A program made the position numbers and the translations under genes. Below the pieces are notes generated by a model. It searched no databases. It was not told the DNA's origin and was given only the letters and a program-made list of their open reading frames with translations. Below, piece by piece: positions 13,797 through 27,554 of a DNA stretch of 64,000 nt. The stretch comes from Eledone cirrhosa (taxonomy: Eukaryota), in contig OZ024747.1 of NCBI GenBank assembly GCA_964016885.1, positions 42,656,001 to 42,720,000 on the forward strand. The letters run 5' to 3'. Position 1 is the stretch's first letter, and each line of letters begins with the position of its first letter.

Positions 13797-13975
13797 CATC
13801 ATCATGGTTTAATGTCCATTTTCCATGCTAGCATGGGTTGGATAAGTTGTCCTATTGTGAGATAAGTTAGATCAGATGACCATGTCTTGCTCATACAAAA
13901 CAGTTTCTGGTTCGGTTCTTACAGCTGGATGTTCTTCCTAATGCCAACCACATTTACGGCATGGACTGGGTGAAA
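13797..13975 (-). mobile_element. SINE/RTE 3' tail fragment
   Basis: (CAT)n then 'gtccattttccatgctagcatgggttgga...acagctggatg..cttcctaatgccaaccac'. Confidence 0.65.
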
Positions 13976-15529
13976 ATGGCACTGAATTGAAACATGTACT
14001 GCTGTATGTCTGAGGCAAATTAGAGGCAGGCTAGATGGGGTTGATCAAGGTAAGATATGATCCTTAAGCAGGTTGAATTGCATTCAATTCTGACTCAGCT
14101 GTACTAGAAGACAGCAAGGCCATCATCAACTCTGGCAGCAAAAGTTCTCAGTTCACATTTGATGAGGGTACAACTGGAGATGATGACTAAAATGCAAGAC
14201 AACAGTGCCAAGCTGGATGTTGAGTGAAGTCCAATGCCACTGAACCTCGTGGGGAGATTTGATAGTTACCAGGCTAATTTATCAAAACTGATGTTGCAAC
14301 TGAGTCCAATACAGAGGTAACATAGTGATGCCACATTCACTGAATTGTCACATATGAACATGGTATGGTGGAAAAGCATGGGATACAAATCAATGGGGCA
14401 TAATCTGTTCATTATTTTTACCAGGCATTTTCATGGTTATTAAAAGAATAGGAGAGCCAACAATGTAGACACCGTCCTTTAGAGTAAGTCATATCTCTGT
14501 TGACAGAATAGGTTGAATACTGTGTATCGTATCATCATATTGAGTTTCACCATAGTTCACATTTATCACCTCTAATATGGACAAGTTAATCTTAAGTCTA
14601 AGCAGTGCTAGGGCTGACTTGGTCTGTGATGACCTGTCCAGTCCTTGCTAGCAGGGAAAACATGTTGAATAATGATGATTCCTCAAATCCCAGCCAACTG
14701 TTTTAAATAAGGATGTGCCACATTATAAATGACCATAACAATGGTCAATCACTATAAATAATAGTTGATAAAATCAGCTAAAATATCCATGGAATAAATG
14801 AACATAGGCAATTGAGATGAAGTGCCTCTGTTTACTTTGTTCTGTCTCCAGGAGTACTTTACCTGATTTTCTCAAGTATTATTTATAGTGATCAACTATT
14901 ATTATGGACATTTGCTTTAGGATGCACATGAAAATCTAGAGTTTAACAATTTTCGAAAAGAAAGAAAGCTGGCACTTGAATGATTAATATACCATTTTCT
15001 TAATTATCATGAACATAATGTGTAAATATTTGTGTGAGTGTTTAAAGAGAGAGAGGGAGAGGGAGAGAAAGAGAGAGGGAAAGAAAAAGAGAGAGGGAGA
15101 GCAAGCTGTCCTCGGTAGCATTATAGAAGCTGAACTAAATGTACGATTTCTATATACAGTAATGATGATAACAACAACAGAGAACTAATAACATGATGTA
15201 TAAGGTAGATATATCTGCAGGCCTTTATATCTTTATTTCCCAACAGAATAAGTTTTGTCAAACTTCAGCAACTTTTACTTCTCTACTCAAGAATTTCTGA
15301 CATCTAATTTGAGAAGTGTCTTCATTGAGATAGCAGCAGTATTTGGTCAACAGCGATGATAAATCATTGAATGGGGGTAATGTTGTTACCAGCAACAGAT
15401 AAGATTTGTTTTCATTCCAGAAATATAAATTCTGGTTCAAGTAGTAGTAGTATTGGAATAATTATCAATAAAGAGATGGAAAACTGCAAACTAGCAGTTA
15501 GTTTTAAAAATAGACAAGAAATTGTTATA

Positions 15530-15928
15530 AATGACATATACATGCATACATATATCATATATACATACATATATCATATATACATACATATATCATATAT
15601 ACATACATATATATTCATACAAACATATACATACATATATATACATATATATACATATATACATACAAACATATACATATACATACATATATACATATAT
15701 ATACATATATACATATATATACATATATACATATATATATACATATACATATATATATACATATACATACATATATACAAACATATACATATACATATAT
15801 ATATATACATATATATATATACATATACATACATATATACAAACATATACATATACATACATACAAACATATACATATACATACATATATATATACATAT
15901 ATATATACATATATACAAACATATACAT

Positions 15929-15959
<31 letters not shown>

Positions 15960-16264
15960 CATATATATTCATACAAACATATACATATACATATACATAT
16001 ATATATACATATATATTCATACAAACATATACATATATATACACATATATATTCATACAAACATATATATATACATATATATTCATACAAACATATACAT
16101 ATACATACATATATATATATACATATATATATACATATATATACATATACATATACATATATATATATACATATACATACATATACATACATACAAACAT
16201 ACATATATATATATACATATACATACATATACATACATACATATACATACATACATATACATAC

Positions 16265-16311
<47 letters not shown>

Positions 16312-16376
16312 CATATACATATATATACATATACATATATACATATACATATATACATATATATACATACATACAT

Positions 16377-16407
<31 letters not shown>

Positions 16408-16603
16408 CATACATATATATACATGCATACATATATATACATATATATATATACATACATATATATACATGCATACATATATATACATATATATATATAC
16501 ATACATATATACATATACATACATATACATATATATATACATACATATATACATATACATATATATATATACATACATATATACATATACATACATATAC
16601 ATA
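15530..16603. repeat. (TA)n/(TACA)n compound microsatellite
   Basis: Direct inspection. Confidence 0.97.
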
Positions 16604-16922
16604 TAAAATCTAAATCGCAACTCATAACAACAATACGGCACAATTATTTCACCTCAATCGGCCCTGCTCTCTTCAACATCACACCAGGACACGTCAAAAC
16701 AGAAACTGACCACACAAAATTCAAGAAGTCTTTGGACAAATTCCTCCAAGTAATCCCGGACAAACCACCCACACCCGGATATGTCTCCGCAAACAGTAAT
16801 TCTCTTCTCGAATGGGCCATGGTGCCCAAATCCTGAATTGAAAGACTTCGCCAGGTGGTGCTATTAAGTTAGACATGGCCTGGGCCAATACTGGCCAAAA
16901 CATTTCAAAGTTATTCAAAGTT
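16604..16922 (+). mobile_element. CR1-group LINE 3' fragment (same family as 58717-62797)
   Basis: Encodes [15 protein letters not shown]...EWAMVPKS*; near-identical to reverse complement of 58717-59035; tail ttcaaagttattcaaagtt. Confidence 0.95.
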
Positions 16923-16960
16923 ACATATACATACATATATACATATACATACATATATAC

Positions 16961-16991
<31 letters not shown>

Positions 16992-17260
16992 CATATACAT
17001 ACATACATATATATGCATATATACATTATCATCATCATCTTCGTTTAACGTCCATTTTTCCATGCTAGCATGGGTTAGACCATGGGTTATACATATATAT
17101 ACATACATATATATATACATGCATACATATATATACATACATCCATATATATATACATACATATATATATATACATACATCCAAATATATATACATACAT
17201 ACATATATCATATATATATATATATACATACATACATACACATACATACATATACATACA

Positions 17261-17856
17261 TGGTGGCTGCCAACTCGTTTTCGAGTACGGGCACTACTTT
17301 ATATCCATGTAGGAGAACCCCTACCGATGTGCTGAACGAGTGTGACTTTTTAGTCCAGCCAGCGACTTGAAAACTCTGGTACAAACACTACACTTGTGAC
17401 AATTATTGACACATAGTGCTGGGCCCATGGTACCATGTGATGACAAGTGCAGAGAGATCTCCAGATATAAAGCAATGCCTGTGCCGTGAAGCTTTTATAG
17501 TGAGCAAAGTCACTGCACAAAGCCAGTCCCACTCTCTTAACCAAGATGATATTTACCAAAAAGAACAACAAGTCAACATCATTGGATACCATCAGGGTTG
17601 CAGATGTTATATCAGAGTTTTCCTTCTCCTAGAATTCTGCCTTGACAAAGGCTAAGGGGTCATCTCTCCCAGTGATTTTGGATGGCCATTGACTCTTAAG
17701 AGCTCCCTTGCCCTTTGACAGGTTTTGTTTTTAGTCCTGCAGGATGTCCAAAGTCACCCTCCTCACCAAGAAATCTTGGTGGGGTTGCCAGTTTAGTCGC
17801 CAACGACCCGACCATGGGACAGGTTGTACTGGGATACATGTTACCAGTAGCACCAA
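17261..17856 (-). mobile_element. ~600-bp non-coding interspersed repeat, copy 1 (resembles an RTE 5' region)
   Basis: High similarity to 19874-20189 and to the reverse complement of 26588-27138; minus strand contains 'ctaggagaaggaaaactctgatataac'. Confidence 0.75.
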
Positions 17857-18239
17857 TATACATACATACATACATTCCATCAGTCAACGCGATCAGTCGC
17901 ATATTTTGGCGTGGGAGACTATTTATTAAATTTAAGATGAATACTATCTCTGACAGTAATGCCACAACTACAGCCAGGTTGAATAACTAGTTATTCTTCT
18001 AACTATCCACCCTGAAGACACCTTTTATTCGAATTCGTAGAGATATCCGACTAAATACATAATTCATTTTACAAGGATTTGCTACAAACAGCATGGCTGA
18101 ACACAACATCAACAAGAAAATTAAGGAAGTATCGAAGACAAATAACAAAGAAGGTAATCAAACTTTATTCAGTTGTAGCTACAGAAGAAACCGAAATTAT
18201 AAATCGCATTTCTCTTAGAGTTGCGAACTTAATAATGAT

Positions 18240-19857
18240 TTATTTAATTGTTATAAAATGGCAAAAAACAATCCCTCCGTTGGCTATATGAATAGAATGA
18301 AGCTACACTGGGACGAAATGCACCCAGAGCTAAATTATTTCACAGCGAAACAATTACGCCAACAAGCGACGTTTGTTGAACGTAAAAATAAGATAAATAT
18401 TAATTGTAAGTCCCCCCCACAACAAACATGGAATCAACAACACGTGCTACAGATCGCCATGCTACTAGACTTCCTAGCAGCCAGGTCGAACAGTGCCTTG
18501 AAACAACTATGCCTGTAAGAAACTTGACACCACCTGTACCATCTAAGTCTACCTTGAATGCTGGGGAAACACTATCGATAATAATAATAATCGAAGAAAT
18601 AATAATAATAATCGAATAAATGTGACACCACGTATACCATCCGAGTCTACCTCGACTGTTGTGGAAAATACTATCGATAATGATAATCAAAAGTATAAAC
18701 AATTGAAAATTTCCCTCAACGAAATCTTCCAGAGAGAAATTAACTTATGTATAAATATCTCTCTGGCTGAACGTGTTAAAATGACAATGGTGAATAAAAA
18801 ACCAAATATTGTTTCTACTTTTGGCACGAGGCCAGCAATTACACAGTAGATTACTGGTACTTTATTTTATCGACCCCATAAGGATGAAAGGCAAAGTTAA
18901 CCTCGGCGGGATTTGAACTCAGAATGGCAAGGGCCGTAACTCTATACGTCAAAGCATGGCGTCCGACCCTCTACCGATACTGCCAATTCACCAAATAATG
19001 AAATACTATGTGTTATTGACGAAATAGGGGATGAATATTTACGACGGATAAAAACCCCAACATTTTGGCAAATCAACGCCTGCTTATATGCCTTAGCAAT
19101 GACAGTGAAGCATTATCTTGGTGATAGCAGAGATATTAACAAGAACAAAACACCACCAAAAATACCATCATATATAACTAAAATAGAAAAAAAGAGTGCT
19201 GACCTACGAAAAAACATAGGACATGTGACAATGCTCCTTACATGCAAACAAACACAAAAAACCTCACTCCTCACCAACAAAGAGTGAAAAATAAAATAGA
19301 GACGATGTTTGGTAACAGTAGAACCAGAACTCTCCAATATAAGCTGATCACCCTCAAACAAGAATTGAGAACTGTTAGCGAAAAACGCCGATACCTGAAG
19401 AAGGTAGATGAGAGAAAAATGCTTAATAAAAGATTAAGACGAAACCAAACATCAGTCTATAGAGATATGAAGGGCAAAATAATGTGTCACTGAGGCCCCA
19501 TCCCAGAAAGACATAGATTCCTTTTGGAGAAAAATATGGGGTGAAAAGAAGAATTTCAACCAAGATGCAGTGTGGCTAAGAGAAATCCGAAAGAACTATT
19601 GCTCCTACACTACAACAAAAACATACAAAATAAGTGAGGGTACCCTTGAGACTGTGATAGGAAAATTCCAAGATAAGAAAACACCAGGAAGAGACATGAT
19701 TGTCGGCTACTGGTACAAAAAACTAATATTCTATCGGAGGTATCTTACTGACCTCTACCAACAAGTTCTTAAGGGAGATACTCTTATACCAGAATGGTTG
19801 ACATTAGCACAAACGTTACTGGTCCCCAAGAACAAAGACACCCACTTGGCAAAATGA
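18240..19857 (+). mobile_element. R4/Dong-like (RLE-type) non-LTR retrotransposon, N-terminal half, decayed, broken before the RT core
   Basis: GYMNRMKLHW.., FWRKIW..N..AVWL, KTPGRDMIVGYWYKKL, IPEWLTLAQTLLVPK; several stops and frameshifts. Confidence 0.75.
18809..18990 (-). mobile_element. tRNA-derived SINE inserted in the R4-like ORF
   Basis: Same family as 12375; TSD (a)ccaaata at 18801-18808 and 18990-18997; the host reading frame resumes after removal. Confidence 0.9.
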
Positions 19858-19873
19858 TATTTACCAAAAGACG

Positions 19874-20189
19874 ATATTTACCAAAAAGAAGAACAAGTCA
19901 ACATCATTGGATACCATCAGGGTTGCAGGTGTTATATCAGAGTTTTCCTTCTCCTAGAATTCTGCCTTGACAAAGGCTAAGGGGTCATCTCTCCCGGTGA
20001 TTTTGGATGGCCATTGACTCTTAAGAGCTCCTTTGCCCTTTGACAGGTTTTGTTTTTAGTCCTGCAGTTTTTAGCCACCCTCCTCACCAAGAAACCTTGG
20101 TGGGGTTGCCAGTTTAGTCGCCAACGACCCGACCATGGGACAGGTTGTACTGGGATACATGTTACCAGTAGCACCAACTGGTGACCTGA
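19874..20189 (-). mobile_element. Interspersed repeat, copy 2 (partial)
   Basis: Near-identical to 17547-17856 with a short internal deletion. Confidence 0.8.
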
Positions 20190-20755
20190 TATATACATAC
20201 ATACATACATACATATATATATACATATGAATATAAGTGTATATATATATACAAATATATGTATATATATATATAAGAAAAATGGAGTGCTGTGTGGTTG
20301 CACATGGGTTATATATATGAATAAAATTAGTCCTTCATCAGTGATCTTCCAACTTTCATTGGTATTTCATCGCTTTAAAAATCATATACCTCTGGTTGGT
20401 GCGAGCAATAACTAAATAGAGTTATTGGGACAAGTGAAATAGGGTGAAACGAGCGAGACATGTAAACAAACCAAGATGGTATTGCAACGGAAAGATAGGA
20501 AGAGACAAGTACATGATATCTGTAAGCTTAAGCTTGGTGAATTCATGGATGAGAAGAGATACAGACCATCCGACATGGGTGAGATGTGAGCGAGAAAAGG
20601 ATTTCACACAGGTCAAATAGGAGGAAGTGAGAGAGGGGGAGAAGCAGAGAGTGAGTGAGGAAGAGGCCAGCCGAGAGAGAGTGTGACTGATATGTATATG
20701 TGTATATATATATATATGTGTGTATATATTTACACACACATATGTATACACACAT

Positions 20756-20790
<35 letters not shown>

Positions 20791-20792
<2 letters not shown>

Positions 20793-20878
20793 CAGGGTGT
20801 CCCAAAAAATTGTATACACACTGATTACCTGTACAGTAATATTTATTAGAATGTTGTATACAGGTTTTGGGACACATA
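20791..20878. mobile_element. Tiny Tc1/mariner-type MITE
   Basis: TA-CAGGGTGTCCCAAAA..TGTATACA ... TGTATACA..TTTTGGGACAC. Confidence 0.65.
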
Positions 20879-21344
20879 TACATACACACACACACATATA
20901 CATATATTCACATATATGCATACATATACAAACACACATATACATACCTACACACACACATACATATATAGATGCACACATATATATGCCATTTGAAATG
21001 TGTGCATTCCAATACAAGTGACCAATTAAGGTCATTTGTAATGGGACAACCACACATTTCACGTTATGGTCAATTGTGGTGGGATGCACTACTAATAATA
21101 GTGACCTACTATTATTATAGTCATTTGCATTGGGATGTACACATTTCAAATTTCAATTTTGATAATTTGATCAGAAGACGCCGAAGGCTTGCTTGCAGCT
21201 TTATTTAGAATAAAACACAGAATCATGTCTTTTTGTTACTATATCCTTATCTTTGATATAGTCTTTAAGGAAGAGAAATGGAGAAAAGACAGTGATGATG
21301 AAATAACAAACATAGCAAATGGCATCAGTATAACAACAGTCTAA

Positions 21345-21525
21345 GGCCCCCTTTGGTCATGGCTGACCATGGACTTGTACCAAGAAGGTTCTTCTCCAAT
21401 ACACACACCACTGACGTCTGCAATGTGAAATAAACTCTTGCTCAAGGCTGCAATGCTCCACCCAACCCAAGAATTGAACTCACAATCTCACAATTGTGAG
21501 CCCAACATTGTAACCACTACATGCC
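21345..21525 (-). mobile_element. Degenerate tRNA-derived SINE (second family)
   Basis: 'cttgctcaagg..caatgc...aattgaactcacaatctcacaattgtgag...taaccact' resembles 38135-38220. Confidence 0.6.
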
Positions 21526-22519
21526 TTCACAGTCTGACAACAGTTAATAATAACACTCTTCTATGATAAGAATAAAGGGAAAAGGAGGTAGTGACAATAA
21601 TAATGTCTGCTAAACAATACATTGTCTGAGAGCAGCAATGCAGTAAGGAAGTGAGGCTGATTGAAGACACAGTCATGAAATATTTATTGTTGATTAATGA
21701 TCTTTTTATCAAGTAAATATCATTTGTAAACTCAGCTGCTATAAAGATGACTTGCTCTATGTTTATACTTTTAATAGCAATTGTCATAAATACATATAAA
21801 GAGTCTGTATTTTGCTTGGTTGGTTATTTCAGACCTGTCAATTCTCCCAGTCCGACGGAGATCTCAAACCCACTTTGGGGTGGGTGAGAGATGTTGTCTC
21901 TTGTGAAAATAGCTTTCATTATGTAAAATCTCCCCGATAAAATAAAGTACCAGTAATGTACTGGGTAATTTCTGGCCTTGTGCCAATAGTAGAAACAATT
22001 ATGTAAAATCTCCCCATTTTGCCTCATTTCTCCCCACTTTGGGGCCCTTTTTTCCACAGTACTCTCCGTTAGGGTTTCTAGAGGTTGGCAAGTCTGTTGT
22101 TTGAAAATATGTTTTTTTATTCTTTTACTGCTTTTAATCAGTGGACATCAACAGTCATGGTGGGTTGTCACCTTAAGGGTTTAGTCAATCATAATGGCCT
22201 CAGTACTTATTTTTGTCAGGTTCTTGTACTATCAATCTCTCTTTGTGGCATCCCTACTAACTTATGAGATATAAAATAACACAACATAAACACACACATA
22301 CAAAGTATTGTACAGGTGTTTAAAATATTCTTTTATTTGTTTCAGTCAGTAGACAGTGGTCATGCTGGGGCACCTCCATGATTTTACTCAATCATAACTC
22401 TAGTACTCTATTTTTTTTCAAGTCTAGTATTTGTTTTATTGGGGTATAAACGCACACACACACACACACATACACACACACACACACAATCATTATCATC
22501 ATCATTGTTTTTATGTCCA

Positions 22520-22686
22520 CGTGATGGGCTTCTGCAGTTTCTGTCAACCAAATTCCACTCATAAGTCATTGATCAACCTGAGGCTATAGTAGAAGACATT
22601 TCCCTAAGGTGCTATGCAGATGGACTGAACCCAGAACCATCTGGTTGTGAAGTGAACTTCTTAACCAGTCAACCATGTCTGCACCT
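22520..22686 (-). mobile_element. tRNA-derived SINE (OR-like)
   Basis: 'aggctatagtagaagac...aaggtgc...ggactgaacccagaaccat...cttcttaacca' carries B-box and A-box remnants on the minus strand. Confidence 0.6.
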
Positions 22687-23827
22687 ATACATGGGGGATA
22701 TATTAGAGAATAATTGTAATCAAATATCTAATGTAACATTCAATACAAAATTTATCTCTACATAGAAGTATATTAGAGAATAATTGTAACAATATATGAT
22801 GTAGTATTCAATACAAAATTTATAGTCAAATATAACAACAGAGAAGGTTGGAAAGAGAAGAAACTCAGATTGTGAAGAGCATAGTCAACTACCACCAAAT
22901 AAATAATTCTTTTTGGCAACAAAAGGAGCTAAGTTTGAAAAACATTCTGGTGTTGTCTTAAATAAGGATATTTTTGAAGATTGCACAACCTTCAATGTTG
23001 ACATAAAACTCACAAAAGAATCAAAAGGTGAAGTTAATATTTCATCTGAGGTAAAAAAAAATCTGTTAATCAATTAAAAAAAAATTGAAGTAGGCAGGGC
23101 AGAGAATGTCCGTGTCTGCGTGCGTATTTGCATGTGTGTGTATACTTGTACTTGCAAGTGTGTGTGTGCGCATGAGTATTTGCATTAGCAAGTGTATGTG
23201 TATAAGTGTGGATATTTGTGCTTGCAGGTTTGTGTCTGTGTGTGTATGCATGAGTATTTGCAAGTGTGTGTGTGTAAGTGTGACTATTTCTGTTTGCAAG
23301 TGTGTACAATCATTCAAATTCTAGAATAGATTAAAGGTCATAAGTTTAAAGAGAAGTTGTCTTTAAGAAGTATTGCTATATACACTTGTGGATAAATATA
23401 TATCCAAGAGAATAACATGAAAAACCAGAATTGTGGCCTACAAAACCTTCCATTCAAAACAGTTTAATGTAAATGTTGTAGGTGGAGGTGTTGGCATATT
23501 GATGGCTTAAGTTATAATGGATATATGAAAAATGTAAAAGGGAAAAAAGAAAAGGAATTATGAAAAAAGATAAGAGAAGAAAAATAAAAGTAAAAGTGTG
23601 GGTAGAATAGATAAAAATAAAATATTTGATTGTGAAATGCTTAAAATACTGTCATATATAGGTTATAAAGGGTATCAGGCCCTTAATTCCCCAAGTCGTA
23701 AGATGCCGTCATAACACAGCATGTCTTGGGCCTTTAAAACCTTGTAGAACCTTTCCTGCTCAAGGCTAAAATACAGCAGATTTATTTTGGAGAAGGAGAA
23801 ACTCTTACTCAGAGACTAGGAGCTTAT

Positions 23828-24005
23828 CCTCCTCTAGTTCACACTCCCATAATAACATCTCCCTCTAGTTCACACTCCCATAATAACATCTCCGTCTAGT
23901 TCACACTCCCATAATAACATCTCCGTCTAGTTCACACACCAACCACAACACCTCCCTCTAGGGCACACATCAACCACAACATCTCCTCCTAGTTCACACA
24001 CACCT
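23828..24005. repeat. 31-bp tandem repeat, ~6 copies (CCTCTAGTTCACACTCCCATAATAACATCTC)
   Basis: Direct inspection. Confidence 0.9.
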
Positions 24006-24361
24006 ACAATCCTTTTTCTTCTCTATTTTACTTAGCCCCAATGACAGTTGAATATAATAAGGAAACTGATTAAATAGATATTCCATTAGATTAAGAGTTG
24101 TTAACATTGTTGCAGGTAAACCAATACAATATGGAAGTAACTGCTAAAATTAAGCAGTTCAGTTTCATTTAGGACATATATAGCTTAAAGGTCTAAAGTG
24201 CCTATCCAGTATCTGGGATATATGGGGTCGAATTCCTCTTAACAGCTGATGGCAACTTATTTTATTATGCCAAACCTTACTAGCAGGAGAAGTAGACATT
24301 AAAACTATGATGATAAATTCTAAAACTTAGGATTTAGGATGTAACTATAACACTGAGTAGT

Positions 24362-24582
24362 TTAACTTTTTAGCATTTACATTACTCTATATATACTATT
24401 GTATTTTTATGGTAAAGGCTTTATCTTACTATCAGACATAATATTGAATTTACGAGCTTTTGATATTTATTTTGAGAACAATATCTTAACGTCAGTATGA
24501 GTGGTCAGTTACAGCCGATTTGAACAGAAAGATGTGAGAGAATTCTGGCCGGATACAGTCAATTTAAATGCTAAAGGTTTAA
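24362..24582. mobile_element. piggyBac-like MITE
   Basis: TTAA-ctttttagcattta ... taaatgctaaaggt-TTAA. Confidence 0.65.
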
Positions 24583-25719
24583 AAGATGAAAACAAAACTT
24601 CTTCATGAACCAAATAAAGTCAGAGATTTTTAACTAAAGGGCCGTGTCACTATCATATAATTAAATAAGCTCCAAGATTTTTCACAAGTATCTATAACAT
24701 TTAAATTTAGAAACCTACTTTTTTCTGCCATAATTATATATATCTTCCACCAATAAAAAAAAACAATAATTAACATTAAAAAATGATTGCAAATCAATTA
24801 TCTAAAGAGAGTATGCATATTATATTGAATACATATAGAATTCGTCAGAGAAAACTTTGATTCAAACTTATTCAGTTTTATCCATATTAAAGAAAGAAAA
24901 AAAAGCTACTATTCAAGTATAAAAGAACAGTTCAATTTAGTACCAATTTAATATGTATAGAGCATTGAATGAAAATATGTTTTTGCCTGATATATAGTTA
25001 GTTATGGAGCAGAAAATAATATTGATTGACTGTATATGTGATGGAAATGGAACAGAAAAGAGGCAGGAAACTATATGATTTGTCAAGGTTATAATTGCAT
25101 ATGATTGTAGAAATTTGCATGAAGTTTTGGCTGAAATCATGCCAGGCAACATTTGTAATGAATTGCTGGTGAATTATTACATATGAAAAAAAAGAGAGAG
25201 AGAGAGAGAGAAACACATACACACACACAAAAAAAAAAGGAAACAGAAGAAAAAGAAAAAGTCATTTGATAAGATGGCTTGAAAAAGCAATAAACAAAAT
25301 ATTGGAACAGCTGAATAGAAACTAAAGATGGAAAGGAATGAAAAATAATAATAATGCATGCTATTACTGAGTAACAGCTATAATATTTTTCGTAATATTC
25401 AATGGAAGATATGAAAGCCTACTTCCGGTTGCTACAATCTCTGTAAAAGCTAACCAAACAATATAGAGGAACTACATGATATATATCCAAATCTGACTCT
25501 TTAAAACTGATTCCTGTTATGTCTTGCTTTTATATTTTTTTTATTTCCACCCTTTCATCATTTGAAAGTGCAACATTATGTTTTATTGGGGGAACTGAGA
25601 CTGCAGCTATATATGATCATGAATATGTGATCAAACTAAGGTAAAGTCTTTGAAGTAGTCTGATGCTATGAATATTGACAGTGTCATATATTGACCACTG
25701 TGATAGATAGATAGATAAG

Positions 25720-25755
25720 ATATATATATGCATAAATACACACACACACTTATGC

Positions 25756-25822
<67 letters not shown>

Positions 25823-26171
25823 TGTGTTTACATATGTGTATGCATATATAAACATACATCTGTATGTATATATATTTATATACACACACCTATATATATA
25901 TTTATATATATATATATGTGCGTGTATATATGTGTGTGTATATATATATATATGTATGTATATATATATGTGTATATGTATGTGTGTATATGTGTGTATA
26001 TTTATGTGTATATATATGTGTATACATATATGTGTATACATATATGTATATATATATGTGTATATATATATATATGTGTATATATGTATATATATGTGTA
26101 TATATATATGTGTATATATATATATGTGTGTGTATATATATATGTATGTATATATATACACGTATATATAA

Positions 26172-26205
<34 letters not shown>

Positions 26206-26243
26206 AAATATGTGAATATATATATAAGTATATATGTATATAT
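25720..26243. repeat. (TA)n/(TG)n microsatellite
   Basis: Direct inspection. Confidence 0.95.
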
Positions 26244-26378
26244 ATTATTTCTGAAGACGGCGGGTAGTGAAGACATATGTATATCTTCTTACTATGATAT
26301 TTTGTAATATATTTTACATAGATCAATAATAGAATGGACATATGAGGAACTACCCCCCAGAAACGATCGTAAAATAAT
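26244..26378 (+). ncRNA. Type I hammerhead ribozyme with ~100-nt stem II, at the start of a ~325-bp solo module (26244-26570)
   Basis: Stem I ATTATTT/AAATAAT; CTGAAGA; stem II GGCGGGTAGT/ACTACCCCCC plus CATATGT/ACATATG; GAAA-CGATCG-TA. Confidence 0.75.
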
Positions 26379-26587
26379 GAGTTTTACTATGAATTAACCG
26401 TTTTTTGTTTAATTTCATTGTTTTAATATTTCTATTTTTGACTCTGTATCCAATGAATTATATCGTTGAAAATTTTGTATTTTAAACTTTACTTCACGAC
26501 ATCTACATACGGATTACATTGAGTTCTTCATACGGTTTAGACCCTACCATTAATTGGTGGATTTATCTGTATATATATATGTATATA

Positions 26588-27138
26588 TGGTCGGGTTGTT
26601 GGCGACTAAACTGGCAACCCCACCAAGGTTTCTTGGTGAGGAGGGTGACTTTGGACATCCTGCAGGACTAAACACAAAACCTGTCAAAGGGCAAGGGAGC
26701 TCTTAAGAGTCAATGGCCATCCAAAATCACTGGGAGAGATGACCCCTTAGCCTTTGTCAAGGCAGAATTCTAGAAGGAAAACTCTGATATAACACCTGCA
26801 ACCCTGATGGTATCCAATTATGTTGACTTGTTCTCCTTTTTGGTAAATATCATGTTGGTTAAGAGAGTGGGACTGGCTTTGTGCAGTGCCTTTGCTCACT
26901 ATAAAAGCTTCACGGCACAGGCATTGCTTTATATCTGGAGATCTCTCTGCACATGTCGTCACATGGTACCATGGGCCCAGCACTATGTGTCAATAATTGT
27001 CACAAGTGTAGTGTTTGTACTAGAGTTTTCAAGTCGCTGGCTGGACTAAAAAGTCGCACTCATTCAGCGCATCGGTAGGAGTTCTCCTACATGGATATAA
27101 AGTAGTGACCATACTCGAAAACGAATTGGCAGCCACCA
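26588..27138 (+). mobile_element. Interspersed repeat, copy 3 (inverted relative to copy 1)
   Basis: Reverse complement of 17261-17815 with scattered substitutions. Confidence 0.8.
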
Positions 27139-27139
27139 T

Positions 27140-27263
27140 ATCATCATCATCATCATTTTACGTCCGCTTTTCCCTGCTTGCAAGGGTGGGACGAGTTTTA
27201 TTCAGCACAGCATCTCTCCACTCGTCACGGTCCCTCGTCATCTCCACCGTGAGCTTCAATGAC
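27140..27263 (-). mobile_element. RTE LINE 3' terminal fragment (family C-like, short UTR)
   Basis: (CAT)n + 'ttttacgtccgcttttccctgcttgcaagggt...cagcacagcatctctccact' matches 3990-4074. Confidence 0.8.
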
Positions 27264-27315
27264 ATCTTCCTCTAGTTCACACTCATATATATATGTATAT
27301 ATATATATATATATA

Positions 27316-27351
<36 letters not shown>

Positions 27352-27365
27352 TATATATATATATG

Positions 27366-27396
<31 letters not shown>

Positions 27397-27554
27397 AAAT
27401 TTCAGGTTATCAATAATGTAGTGATAATATATCGTTACGTTAGAGATGAACAGCGTACGTGCAGGTTTGCTCAACGAGTATGAATTATATTCCGGAGAAA
27501 TGTAGAAAGGATGAATATAAAATGAAAGTGCTTTTGTTAAAAAAGGAATTTATT

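Noticed and set aside
14000-14680. Possible very old RTE remnant
   Set aside because: Only scattered motif similarity; no traceable frame
20100-20189. HDV-like ribozyme in the 600-bp repeat (minus strand ccagt...gg-gtcgttggcga-ctaa-actgg)
   Set aside because: P2, P4 and J4/2 look plausible, but L3 would be only 3 nt and no P1 5' strand is present
20320-20350. Hammerhead start CTGATGA-AGGAC on the minus strand
   Set aside because: Truncated by TA sequence; no GAAA or stem III
22827-23075. Coding-like + strand stretch ending at a gag|gtaaaa donor
   Set aside because: In-frame TAA and no recognisable homology
27264-27285. Single copy of the 23.8-kb 31-bp repeat motif (cctctagttcacactc)
   Set aside because: A ~20-bp match with no flanking support for a rearrangement
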